Shown: positions 11,637-23,964 of the stretch, one piece after another
How positions within the stretch are numbered: position 1 is the stretch's first letter
Layout: every line of letters starts with the position of its first letter
DNA from: Octopus sinensis
Taxonomy: Eukaryota
Direction of reading: 5' to 3'
NCBI RefSeq assembly: GCF_006345805.1
Contig: NC_043014.1
Span: 45,818,001 to 45,882,000 of the forward strand
Length of the DNA: 64,000 nt
Position numbers and translations under genes: made by a program
The notes under the pieces: model-generated
Seen by the model: the letters and a program-made list of their open reading frames with translations, nothing else
Database searches by the model: none
What the model was told of the DNA's origin: nothing

Positions 11637-12052
11637 TTATTTCTTTATTGCTCACAAGAGGCTAAAGATACAGGGGACAAACAAGGACAGATAAAGGGAT
11701 TAAGTCGATTAGATCGACCCCAGTGCATAACTAGTACTTATTTAATCGACCCCGAAAGGATGAAAGGCAAAGTCGACTTTGACAAAATTTGAACTCAGAA
11801 TGTAACTGCAGATGAAATACCTATTTCTTTACTATCCACACGGGGCTAAACACAGAGGGGATGAACAAGGACAGACAAACGGATTAAGTCAATTACATCA
11901 ATCCCAGTGCGTAACTGGTACATATTTAATTGACCCCGAAATGATGAAAGGCAAAGTCGACCTTGGCGGAATTTGAACTCAGAATGTAACGGCAGACGAA
12001 ATACTGCTATGCATTTCCCCTGGCATGCTAACGTTTCTGCCAGCTCGCCGCC
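11637..12052 (-). mobile_element. SINE family B, tandem dimer
   Basis: Two units joined at gaaatag|gtatttc (11820/11821); head ends gcggcgagctggcagaaacg. Confidence 0.85.
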
Positions 12053-12804
12053 ATAGGAACACACACACACAGTTCCTATGTACCAATTTCACTCATGAGG
12101 CATTGTTCAGCCTAGAGCAATAATAGAAAACACTCGGCCAAGGTGACATGCTGTGGGACTGAACCTGAAACTATGTGGCTGCCAAGCAAACCTCTTAACC
12201 ACACAGCCATGCCTGCACCTAGACTATATACATCAAAAGCAGAATATTGAAGACTAAAAATACTATTTCACCCACCACCCTCTATTAATTACACCCATCC
12301 ACCCTTTTCTTGCTCTTCCACCACTGCAACCATTCAACACAAGCTCTTTCCAACTGCAAAAGAAAAAAATTCCCCAAGAGAAAACTGGTATTTTTAACAG
12401 TAAATTTAGAAATATGTTTCAAATCAAAATGGCCATTAGCATTTAGGAATAGTCTCTCTCTCTCTCTCTCTCTTCCTCCTCCTCTTTTATCAACACTCCT
12501 CCTTTCTCACTCCCACTGGTAGTATCATCTGAGGCTAACTTCAGATACAAATGAGGTCCCAAGGTGGTGAAAGAAGCAATGTTGCCAACATACCAATCCA
12601 ATTACGTAACTCAAAAGGAGAAACGTATGCACAGAATTCAGATTATATTCTAAAGGATTAACAAATTCACCATTCCATTGCTATGCTTCTACCAAATTAC
12701 ACTATCTCTAGGTTTCAATTAATTCTGAAACTTTAGCCGCTCACCTCCTAGTATTAAGCTTATCTCACTTTCTACTACATACTCACTCTGTGCCGCCAGT
12801 TGCT

Positions 12805-13072
12805 ACTTTATCAACCCCGAAAGGATGAAAGGCAAAGTCGACTTCAGCGGAATTTGAACTCAGAATGTAACTGCAGATGAAATACCTATTTCTTTACTAC
12901 ACACAAGGGGTTTAACACAGAGGGGACGAACAAGGACAGACAAACGGATTAAGTTGACCTTGGTGGAATTTGAACTCAGAACAAAATACTGGCAGATGAA
13001 ATACTTATTTCTTTACTACCCACAGGGGGCTAAACACAGAGGGGACAAACAAGGACAGACATACGGATTAAG
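12805..13072 (-). mobile_element. SINE family B, tandem partial multimer
   Basis: Junctions at about 12885 and 13004 fall at the same register as 11820. Confidence 0.8.
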
Positions 13073-13288
13073 TAAGACTAAGATCCCCTTCTACCCAGTT
13101 AGAGGGAATCTTAGTTTTAAGAGTTGCATGACAAACCTACTGGTGTTGGCGCCGTGAAAATGGTGCTCAGTAAACTCTGTAAAGTGAGAGGAAGGGCAAT
13201 CAGCTGTGTCAAAACAAACATTGGAGCACAATGCAATTCTTGCACTTGTCAGATCCTGTTGAACTGTTCCATCATTGCCAGCATGGAA

Positions 13289-13673
13289 TACTCTCTTTAC
13301 TCTTTTTTACTTGTTTCAGTCATTTGACTGCGGCCATGCTGGAGCACCGCCTTTCGGGACTTATTCTTTTGTAAGCCCAGTACTTATTCTATCGGTCTCT
13401 TTTGCCGAACCGCTAAGTAACGGGGACATAAAGACACCAGCATCGGTTGTCAAGCGATGTTGGGGAGACAAACACAAACACACACACACACACATATATA
13501 TACATATATACAACGGGCTTCTTTCAGTTTCCGTCTACCAAATCCACTCACAAGGCTTTGGTCAGCCCGAGGCTATAGCAGAAGACACTTGCCCAACATG
13601 CCACGCAGTGGGACTGAACCCGGAACCATGTGGTTGGTAAACAAGCTACTTACCACACAGCCACTCCGCGCCT
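13289..13673 (-). mobile_element. SINE family A, full length
   Basis: Head, microsatellite, tail; flanked by family C fragments. Confidence 0.9.
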
Positions 13674-14000
13674 ATGGATTTTCAAAGATGTCGATGCACC
13701 AGATTGGAGCCTGGTGCAGCCAGCCATCTGGTTCGCCAGACCTCAGTCAAATCGTCCAACCCATGCTAGCATGGAAAGCGGACGTTGATGAGGAATCAGA
13801 ACTAGAGGCAGTTTCAGGTTGGTTGGAACCATAAGGATTAACACACACACACACATACATACGCACAGAAATTTACGTAAAAAGAAATACATTTTTTTAG
13901 GACAACACAACAATTATAATCAATCCCTACAACTTGCAATACTGGACTTTTTGTGCGTGTATGAGTGTGCATGTGTATAACCTAAAGAGCTAAATGGTAA

Positions 14001-14330
14001 GGATTCAAAGAGTTGGGATTCAAAGAGTCAGGATTCAAAAAGTCGGGAATCAAGAGTCAAGATTCAAAGAGTCAAAATCGAAGAGTCAAAATTCGAAGAG
14101 TCAAAATTCAAGGAGTCAAAATTCAAAGAGTCAAAATTTCAAGGAGTCAAAATTCAAGGAGTCAAAATTCAAGGAGTCAAAATTCAAGGAGTCAAGATCC
14201 AAAGAGTCAAGATCCAAAGAGTCAAGATCCAAAGAGTCAAGATCCAAAGAGTCAAGATCCAAAGAGTCAAAACTCAAAGAGTCAAAATTCAAAGAGTCAA
14301 AATTCAAGGAGTCAAAATTCAAAGAGTCAA
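14001..14330. repeat. 15-bp minisatellite, about 22 units
   Basis: Units gagtcaaaattcaaa, gagtcaaaattcaag and gagtcaagatccaaa; flanked by taaatggt at 13991-13998 and 14342-14349. Confidence 0.95.
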
Positions 14331-14694
14331 CTTGACTTAGATAAATGGTGAAGAGCAATTAAGAAATAAACAAGCCTGTGCAGGCACACATACTCAATAA
14401 CCCATAGACTATTGGACATGCATAGCGGAAAGGAGCAGGGGGGGGGATCCCATCATGTGTGTGTGTGTATATGTGTATATGTATATATATATATCATACA
14501 TACATTCACACACATGTACACTACCCTTCTGAGAGGATCCTTTCAGACAGTAATTACATTCATACAATGCAGACACAATAAATATAGGGGTACACCACAA
14601 GGAGAGAGAGAGATTTTTCCCTGTTAGTTAAACATGAGTTAAGTAAATATGAATAACAAGTTAAAAATGTGATAACTAACATTAAGCTGCCACA

Positions 14695-15300
14695 TCATGT
14701 ATGTATGTATGTATGTATATATATATATATATATATACATACATACATATATATATATATATACATATACACACACACATATATATATATACATATACAC
14801 ACACACATATATATATACATATACACACACACATATATATATATACATATACACACACACATATATATATATACATATACACACACACATATATATATAC
14901 ATATACACACACACATATATATATATATATACATATACACACACACATATATATATATAATACATATACACACACACACATATATATATATACATATACA
15001 CACACACACATATATACATATACACACATATATATACATATACACACATATATATACATATACACACATATATATACATATACACACATATATACACATA
15101 TACATATATACATATATATATACATATATACATATACATATACAATATACATATATATACATATACATATACAATATACATATACATATATATACAATAT
15201 ACATATACACATACACACATACATATATACACATATATACGTGTGTGTGTATGTTCATATACAAACACATGTATACACACACACACACACATAGAGACAG
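14695..15300. repeat. Compound (TA)/(CA) microsatellite
   Basis: Alternating purine-pyrimidine tract with recurring longer units. Confidence 0.95.
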
Positions 15301-15584
15301 ACAGACAGACAGACTGAGCAAACGAGAGTGAGAAAGTCATCTGTCATCAGTTTAAATATAAACGATGGTATGTAAATATGTGAGGGGTGGGGAGTGGGTA
15401 GGTGGGTGGGTGGGTGATCGAGAGAAATGTTTGGAGAAGCAACAGACAAATCAGTGATTTCCTTGACACCACCAACACCACCACAACCACGTTGCTGCCG
15501 CCAGTGAAAACTGGGGGTTAGTTATATAGGTGTGGAAAGGACAGTAATATTCAAGAATTTTGTTTCTTTTAATCAACCTCAAAC

Positions 15585-16226
15585 TGCACAGAGAGGGAAA
15601 GAGAGGAGAGGGGAGAGGGGGTGAAGAAGAAACTCCATGCAAAAACTGTAAACATAAGCTACGTGGTTGTGGTGGGGGGAAGGAGTGAGAGGAAAAGAGA
15701 GAGGGAAAGAGAGGAGGGAAAAGAGAGAAGAGGGAGAGAGGAAGAGAGAAAGGACGAGAGTGAAAAAGAGAAAGGCGAAGAGATAGGCAGAGAGAAAAAA
15801 AGAAGAGGAAAAGAGGGATGAGAGAGAGAAAGGAAGAGAGGTGGAAGAAGAAAAAAAAGAGCAGAGAAATGGGAGAGAGAGAGAGAGAGAGGGGGAGAGA
15901 GAGGAAGAGAGAGGGGGAGAGAGAGAAGAGAGAGGGGAGAAGAGCGTAGAGAGAGGGGGAGATAGAGGAAGAGAGAGTAGAGAAAGAGAGAGATAGAGGA
16001 AGAGAGAGGGGAGAAGAGACAGTAGAGAAAGAGGGAGATAGAGGAAGAGAGAGGGGAAGAGGAGAGAGTGGGGGAGAAGAGAGAGAGGAGAAGAGCGTAG
16101 AAAGAGGGGGAGATAGAGGAAGAGAGAGTAGAGAAAGAGAGAGAGAGAGAGGAAGAGAGAGGGGAGAAGAGACAGTAGAGAAAGAGGGAGGTAGAGGAAG
16201 AGGAGAGAGAGAGAGAGAGAGAGAGA
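15585..16226. repeat. GA-rich polypurine tract with internal tandem units
   Basis: Almost only A/G on the plus strand; recurring gagatagaggaagagagag units. Confidence 0.9.
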
Positions 16227-16560
16227 GTGTGTGTGTGTGTGTGTGTGTGCGTGTGTGTGTAAAAGGGGTGGCGAAGAAAAGGCAGCCGAAGAAACATGTT
16301 AAGGTTGGCAGGAATGTGAAGAATTGATGGCTACGTGAAGATATATGGACATTCCTGCAGCAGAACATGCTGGTGCTAAAAGTTGATTTACTTTAGTTAT
16401 TTACTTGATTTAATTCCTTGAAGAATAACTTGCTTTCTTCACCTCGAACTAATTGACATGTTGCTGCGGTTGTTATTGCTGTCGCTGTAAACAGCCCCGG
16501 GTCACCGGTAATTGAGGTCTTACAACCGTGACCATATCTTTCTTTCTTTTCTTTTCTTTC

Positions 16561-16932
16561 TTTTACTTGTTTCAGTCATTTTGACTGCGGCCATGCTGGA
16601 GCACCGCCTTTAATCGAGCAACTCGACCCCGGGACTTATTCTTTTTTGTAAGCCCAGTACTTATTCTATCGGTCTCCTTTGCCGAACCGCTAAGCTACGG
16701 AGACGTCAACACACCAGTATCGGTTGTCAAGCAATGCTAGGGGGACAAACACACACATATATATATATACATATATACGACAGGCTTCTTTCAGTTTCCG
16801 TCTACCAAATCCACTCACAAGGCTTTGGTCGGCCCGGGGCTATAGCAGAAGACACTTGCCCAAGATGCCACGCAGTGGGACTGAACCCGGAACCATGTGG
16901 TTGGTGAGCAAGCTACTTACCACACAGCCACT
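16561..16932 (-). mobile_element. SINE family A, full length
   Basis: Head, microsatellite, tail. Confidence 0.9.
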
Positions 16933-17139
16933 GCCATCGTTTTTTATTTTATTTTATTTTTTAAATTCATTTTGGAAGCGAGAAGAGGAAGAAACTTGGA
17001 TTGCACTAACTAATGTGCCCTTCCCTTGTTCAGACAGAGGGCGTGGAGATTTGAGAAAGATTTGGCTGTTATTTCTAGTAACCAAGTCGAAACTCATTCA
17101 TTTGAGGTATTTATGGGTTAAACGTGCGTTTATATGCAT

Positions 17140-17300
17140 ACGTGGCTGTGTTGTAAGAAGTTTGCTCCCCAGCCACATGGTTCCAGGTTCAGTCCCATTG
17201 CGGAGCACTTTAGGCAAGTGTCTTTTTACTGTAGTCTCGGGCCGACCAAAGCCTTGCGAGTGGATTTAGTAGACGGAAACTGAAAGAAGCCCGTCGTAAA
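17140..17300 (+). mobile_element. SINE family A, 5' part, diverged
   Basis: gtggctgtgttgtaagaag...ggttcagtccc...gacggaaactgaaagaagcccgtcg. Confidence 0.75.
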
Positions 17301-18065
17301 TATTCTTTTACTTGTTTCAATCATTTAACTGGAAGAAATAAGGGTTATATACAAATAGTAGAGTTTACTTGAAATACCGAAACGAAGACAACAGTTTACT
17401 ATACGAAGAAAAAATACTCCCATTTTAAAAGCACGTATTTAAATTAGAGAGAGAGAGAGAGAGTAAAAACAAAAAAGGAAAGACACATTTAGAAAACTTT
17501 CATAAGTATTTAATTATAAACAGCATTAAGAAAACATTAATTTTAAGATGTAATGATACGAGTCTGCAATACTATCACTTCAAGAGCATGTGTATTATGA
17601 GGAAATAAAAACATGTAAGGTAACTTAGAAGTATTTAATAATAAAAACAACAAGTCAGCATAAATCATGCACTTCCTATGTCTGCAACCACTGCAGTACC
17701 GCCTTTGAAATAAAAAAAACACTCTTGTCATTTTCGTTTCGGTATTTCACATAAACCATGATGTTTTTATACATTCTTCATTTCTTTGAAATTACGGAGG
17801 AAGGGTATTCTATTTTATTTTTTATTCCAAGTCAACTAAGGTCAAGTTGATTTATCGTCGAAGATATCCCATCCCTGGCTTATTTTCAGGATATCATATA
17901 CTCAGAACATCAAGACGGTGAGACACGATTTAAAGGAGATTTGGCTGTTATTTATAACAGTTTGAGCGACTATGAAAAGAGTCCCTCGTTGGCTCTCGCA
18001 GTTATTAAAGTTGAATCCAGTGTGATGAAAAATGAAAAAAAAATTAATATCCTGTCCCAAATATA

Positions 18066-18458
18066 TACTCTTTTACTTGTTTCAGTCATTTGACTGTGGC
18101 CATGCTGGAGTACCACTTTTAGTTGAGCAAATCAACCCCAGGACTTATTCTTTGTAAGCCTAGTACTTAGTCTATCAGACTCTTTTGCTAAACCGCTAAG
18201 TTACGGGGACGTAAACACACCAGCATCGGTTGTCAAGCGATATTGGGGGGACAAGACACACAAACACACACACACACACATATATATATATACATATATA
18301 CGACGGGCTTCTTCCAGTTTCCGCCTACCAAATCCACTCACAAGGCTTTGGTCGGCCTGAGGCTATAGTAGAAGACACTTGCCCAAGGTGCCACGCAGTG
18401 GGACTGAACCTGGAACCATGTGGTTGGTAAGCAAGCTACTTACCACACAGTCACGCCT
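18066..18458 (-). mobile_element. SINE family A, full length
   Basis: Head, microsatellite, tail. Confidence 0.9.
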
Positions 18459-19549
18459 ACGAAAACTTTTGCATTTTATTTGAATCGAAAGCCATCTCCT
18501 AGATACAGATACAATCTGACTTGTGTAGATTAACACGAAAAATTATATCTAACGAAGTAACTATTTTGTGACGTTTTCGATATTTTTTGTCAACTCTTAT
18601 GGTTCATTAAAGAAAGGAATGTTAACAGAATCGTTCGAGCGTTGAACAAAATGCTTAGCGGCATTGTTCTGGCTCTTTAACGTTCTGAATTTCATCCTTT
18701 CGGGGTCGATAAGATAAAGTACCAACCAAGTACTGGGGTCGATGTAATCGTTTTACCCGCAGCTGGTCCTGTGCCAAAGAATTATTTCGTGTCTATAAAT
18801 CTTCACTCTCTCTCTCTCTCTCTCTCTGATTTAGTACAACTTTTCTGGGGGGATTTTCCCCCCAAAACCATAAACATTTCAAACGAGGAATTTAATATTG
18901 GGCAAGCCAGCAGGTATACTGGACTGCACCACGTACACATGTGAAAATCAGCTGAAATGTCAAAAAAGCATTTCCTTATTGGTTCTGGGTAGGATCCAGC
19001 CTCACCAGAAACTCCGAAATAAAAAAAAAAAATAGGCGCTGGAGCACAGACACGGTGGAATTTGCTTATCTGACAGCAAGCTTGTCAGCAGTTTATTAAA
19101 GTTTGGCGGTTAGTTATGTGAAAACTTCATTTCAAGACCAGCTTTTATTAATAAAGTGAATATGGACAGGAGTTTTGGCGATATGCTAATTTGACAGGTT
19201 AACATTTTTAACAACAGCAGTTATGTTAAAGATTTCATTCCAAACAACATAGTTCGCCAATATAGACATTGTTAACAATGAGATGGTTTGTGGCACTAAT
19301 TTTTGATGGTGATAATAAGCAGTAATGGTGGCGGAAACTGTTAGAAGTCATGATGGTGGTGGAAAAAATGGTGGGAGTCAAAATGGTGATGGTGAGAGTA
19401 GCTGCCTGGACGGTGGTGATTGTGGTAGTAGTGGTAGTCAAAACGGTGGTGGATGTGGTGGTAACAGATGACAATGGTTGAAACACCTCCCCCCCCCCCC
19501 CGCAATTATACATCCCGTAGTTGTTACAGTGGTGGTGGGGTAATGACTA

Positions 19550-19967
19550 GGATCTTTTCGGTTTGAACGGCAGTTTTTAACATAATTTCTAGGTAACTAA
19601 AAAATTTTAAACTTCGTATACTGGTAGAATGTGTTTATAAAAACATCTTTTTCTCTTGGCTTTATTGAGAAAATTCTATAGTTTGTAAGATATTTGTTGT
19701 TTTTTTTCTCTTAAATTTCTGCAATTTCAACCAATCACTGACGTCTATTGAGGTAAAAAAAAACATTGTGCCGTATGAATATGTCCCCAGTTTAAGAAAC
19801 AGGTTGGGTTTATTTACATTTGTGAAGAAAAAAAAAAGATACCCTTCCCCCCACCCCTAACCCTAAAATAGATTGAAATGCGATAGATCGATACTAGGGT
19901 CATAATTATGGGTGGCAATTTTATATGACACCGCTAGAAAAAACAGCCGTTCAAACCGAAAAGATCC
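19550..19967 (+). mobile_element. Unclassified MITE (TIR GGATCTTTTCGGTTTGAACGGC)
   Basis: Left end ggatcttttcggtttgaacggc, right end gccgttcaaaccgaaaagatcc; three copies in the window. Confidence 0.85.
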
Positions 19968-20566
19968 AATGGTGGTAGTACCAACAAATAATGGTGGGGG
20001 TAGTGACGGCGGCGGCGGCGGAGACTGCAGGTGTGGCGGTGGTGGTGGTGGTAGTGACGAACCACATTTAAATTCTTCAGAATCTTCCATCAACCCCTGT
20101 ATCAGTTATGGCACCATGGGTCATAGGTAATGAAGCTAATATGGTGGATGCTTAGCTAAGAAACAAGAATTTAAAAAAAAGATATCAGAGAGAAACATCT
20201 GCAGAATGTCAGCGATGTGATGGTGATGCTGTTTCTTGTTTGTGTGAGTCGGGTGGGTAAACATGGCGGTTAGTTTGTAGAGCAAGGCTTTGTCTCTTTT
20301 CGCCTGTTGCTCCCTTTCTCTCTTCCCACCCCTGCACATACATACAAATACGTAAAACAGCCCAAATACACCGACTGATGACAGTCTATTACAGGAGTGA
20401 TAAATGTAACAGATACAGATTCCTCAGATTGCATGCTAATTCTTTGATGACAACACTTGATCCCAAACAATTTCAAGAAAGGAAACACAGAAGAACCGCC
20501 GCTACTAAAATCAACAGCATCAGTACAAAAGCAAGAACCAACGAGGCGGTAGTGGGCGGTATAGTT

Positions 20567-20963
20567 GGAGGCGCAATGGCCCAGTGGTTAGGGCAGCGGA
20601 CTCGCGGTCATAGGATCGCGGTTTCGATTCCCAGACCGGGCGTTGTGAGTGTTTATTGAGCGAAAACACCTAAAAGCTCCACGAGGCTCCGGCAGGGGAT
20701 GGTGGTGATCCCTGCTGTACTCTTTCACCACAACTCTCTCTCACTCTTACTTCCTGTTTCTGTTGTACCTGTATTTCAAAGGGCCGGCCTTGTCGTCACT
20801 CTCTGTGTCACGCTGAATATCCCCGAGAACTACGTTAAGGGTGCACGTGTCTGTGGAGTGCTCAGCCACTTACACGTTAATTTCACGAGCAGGCTGTTCC
20901 GTTGATTTGATCGGATCAACCGGAACCCTCGTCGTCGTAACCGACGGAGTGCTTCCAACAACA
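20567..20963 (+). mobile_element. SINE family D (tRNA-Arg-like head, (CAA)n tail)
   Basis: Same first 180 bp or so as family E, different 3' half ending cttccaacaaca. Confidence 0.85.
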
Positions 20964-21124
20964 GTGGGAGGTGGAGAGCTTCTACGTGATCGCCCAACTT
21001 GCTAGAAATAGCAGCCGAATCTCCACTAAATAACATTACACTATCTTAGAAGTGAAAAGAAGTTGGACAATGTGGTCCCATGTTTCCTGTATATAAAATC
21101 CTCTCACCCCCAAAACAAAATACC

Positions 21125-21345
21125 TATTTCTTTACTACCCACAAGGGGCTAAACATAGAGGGGACAAACAAGGACAGACATAGGTATTAAGTCGATTACA
21201 TCGACCCCAGTGCGTAACTGGTACTTATCGACCTTGAAAGGATGAAAGGCAAAGTCGACCTCGGCGGAATTTGAACTCACAACGTAACGGCAGACGAAAT
21301 ACCGCTAAGCATTTCGCCCGGCGTGCTAACGTTTCTGCCAGCTCG
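21125..21345 (-). mobile_element. SINE family B with 18-bp TSD
   Basis: Identical cccccaaaacaaaatacc at 21107-21124 and 21346-21363. Confidence 0.92.
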
Positions 21346-21527
21346 CCCCCAAAACAAAATACCCATAGCTGGAATGCCTGTGTTCGTGGGTCTGCTTGAT
21401 CAGGGCTGACTTGGGACTAAACAACAAAAGTAACCAATGAGGGGGAATCCTCTATCTGGTTGGTCGCCCTGCTAGAAATAGCAACAGACTTTCTTAAATG
21501 CCATTGGATTGTTTTAGGAATGACGGA

Positions 21528-21936
21528 GTATCTTTTCGGTTTGAACGGCAGTTTTTTTTTTCTAGCGGTGTCATATGAAATTGTCACTCATAATTATGAC
21601 CCTAGTATCGATCTATTGCATTTCAATCTGTTTTGGGGTTAGGGGTGGGGGGAAGGGTATCTTTTTTCTTCACAAATGTAAATAAACCCAATCTGTTTCT
21701 TAAACGAGGGACATATTCATACGGCACAGAATGTTTTTTTTACCTCAATAGACGTCAGTGATTGGTTGAAATTGCAGAAATTGAAGAAAAAAAACAACAA
21801 ATATCTTACAAACCACAGAATGAAGCCAAAGAGAAAAGGATGTTTTATAAACACATTCTACCAATATACGAAGTTTAAAAGTGTTTAGTTACGTGGAAAT
21901 TATTTTTAAAAACTGCCGTTCAAACCGAAAAGATCC
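21528..21936 (-). mobile_element. Unclassified MITE, same family as 19550-19967
   Basis: Same TIRs with the internal sequence in the opposite orientation. Confidence 0.85.
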
Positions 21937-22229
21937 CACGGTTGGAATGCCTATGATGGAAGCTCTTTTCGAACAGACCTGACCCAGGGCTAAACGACTA
22001 AGAAATTTACGAAGCAAGATGGGGGTAGTGAAGAATAACAGGGAGTGGTCAAGACAATTTTAGACAGACAAAAGGGTGCTTTGTGTACAACTGTGTAGGA
22101 GTTTGTAAGAAATATGTGAAATAAAGGAATTTATATGTGTGTATAAATGTATGACTGTATAGGTGGAGGTGGGTAAAGTGAGAGAGATTAGATAGATAAA
22201 TATAGACAGATGGAGAAACAGAGAGGGAA

Positions 22230-22610
22230 AGACAGACAGACAGACAGACAGACATAGATAGATAGATAGATATAGATGGATAAATAGATAGATAAATAGA
22301 AAGATAGATATAGATAGATGGAAAGATAGAGATAGATAGACAGATATATAGATAGAAAGATAGATGGAAAGATAGATAGATAGATGGAAAGATAGATAGA
22401 TAGATAGATGGAAAGATAGATAGATAGATAGATGGAAAGATAGATAGATAGATAGATGGAAAGATAGATAGATAGATAGATGGAAAGATAGATAGATAGA
22501 TAGATAGATGGAAAGATAGATAGATAGATGGAAAGATAGATAGATAGATGGAAAGATAGATAGATAGATAGACAGATAGATAGACAGATAGATAGACAGA
22601 TAGATAGATA
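22230..22610. repeat. (GATA)n with periodic GGAAA interruptions
   Basis: Units gatagatagatggaaa visible. Confidence 0.95.
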
Positions 22611-23464
22611 TACGAACAGAACTATTTCTAGAGTTGTACGAGATACATGTGTTGGCGATCAAGAAAATGGTGGCAATGAATTTCAAGATATCTAAGAATG
22701 TGTGTGTATTTCTGAGAATATATAGGAGTGATAGTAAATCTATGTTGAGGCGTTGTGTGTTTTGCATGTGTGTGTGTGAATTATACGAATGGGGGATGTA
22801 GGAAACGGATATATGTGTGAATGAATGAACTGTTTATGCTTAGTAATCCCAAGTTGATGCTTAAACAGTGATATTTTCCTTTCAAAGCCAGCAATGTATG
22901 CATATGGCATTCAAAGAAGCAGAGAGAAAGAGAACGAGAGAGACCTTTACTATATTAGAGAGGGAGATAGACCTTTACTATATTAGAATACACATGGTCA
23001 GCATTATATATCTGTTGTGTGTGAGGGTGAATATAAAGAACAGAGGCACACGTTCTTCTCCCGTTTGTATGATGAATTAAAGGATGGGTGTGCGTGAGTT
23101 TTTATGTATATTAGGGTAAACAAATAAGAACAGATTTCTACTAAAGAATGATACAGGTGTGCATATGTGGTGTGTGTGTGTGTGTGTGTGTGCTGTGAAG
23201 CGAGAGTGAATAGAAGACACAGAAGACAGTCATCGAACCATTCATGAAAGCATAAGTGGGGTAGCAGCAGTTATAATTGCATGTGTGTGTGTGTGTGTGT
23301 GTGAGAAGAGAGCGTGCGTGCTGTTATACAAATAGAGGAACAAGACCTTCATTAAAGCATGATAGAAGTGTGTGACTACAAATGTCTATCTATGCGCGAC
23401 CGTATGGATAAACAAAACCAAATGTAGAAGAAAATAGTGTACACTATATGTGTGTGTGTGTGTG

Positions 23465-23575
23465 TGGAGTCGCGTGGCTTAGTGGTTAGGGTGTCAGCAT
23501 AATGATCGTAAGATTGTGGTTTCGATTCCTGGACCGGGCGACGCGTTGTGTATTCTTGAGCAAAACACTTGGTAC
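23465..23575 (+). mobile_element. tRNA-derived SINE head fragment (D/E-related)
   Basis: gtggcttagtggttagggtgtc...ggtttcgattcctggaccgggcg. Confidence 0.6.
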
Positions 23576-23691
23576 CTAATCTATCGCTTTCTTTTGTCGA
23601 ATCTCTGCGTTACAGGGACACAAACATATCAAGATGAATGTCTTGTGTGTAATAATAAATCTCAGAGCGAGTTATAAACAGTAGCTACAAC

Positions 23692-23935
23692 ACATCGTGA
23701 CGTATATTTGCCATTTGAATATGGCTAACCCCTAAGGGTGGATGCTACTGTAGTTTGTAGCCCCAGGAGGACATCTCCTCCAGCTGGCTATAGACACACT
23801 TTTGCAAATACTGATAGGGCACAGAAAGTGTGTCTATGGCCAGCTGGAGGAGGTGTCCTCCTGGAGTTACAAGCTACAGTAGCATCCACCCTTAGGGGTT
23901 AGCCATATTTAAATGGCAAATATACGTCACGATGT
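23692..23935. mobile_element. Fold-back element / MITE with about 110-bp arms
   Basis: 23692-23802 is a near reverse complement of 23825-23935; 22-bp spacer. Confidence 0.8.
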
Positions 23936-23964
23936 CTTGTGTGTGTTTGTGGGAAAATAAGCAC

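Noticed and set aside
14639-15340. ORFs of 180-290 aa rich in Y/I/H/T/V/C/M (also at 30628, 41321, 54521)
   Set aside because: Translations of stop-free (TA)/(CA) microsatellites; no coding complexity.
16724-17269. Recurrent ORFs containing RLPNPLTRLWSARGYSRRHLPK
   Set aside because: Antisense translation of the SINE A head, repeated at many loci; not a gene family.
19855-19866. ccctaaccctaa telomere-like motif (also reversed near 21637)
   Set aside because: Only about two units, inside a MITE; not an interstitial telomeric array.
20567-20640. tRNA-like cloverleaf as a functional tRNA-Arg gene
   Set aside because: It continues into a SINE body, the acceptor stem is not paired, and homologues are interspersed repeats.
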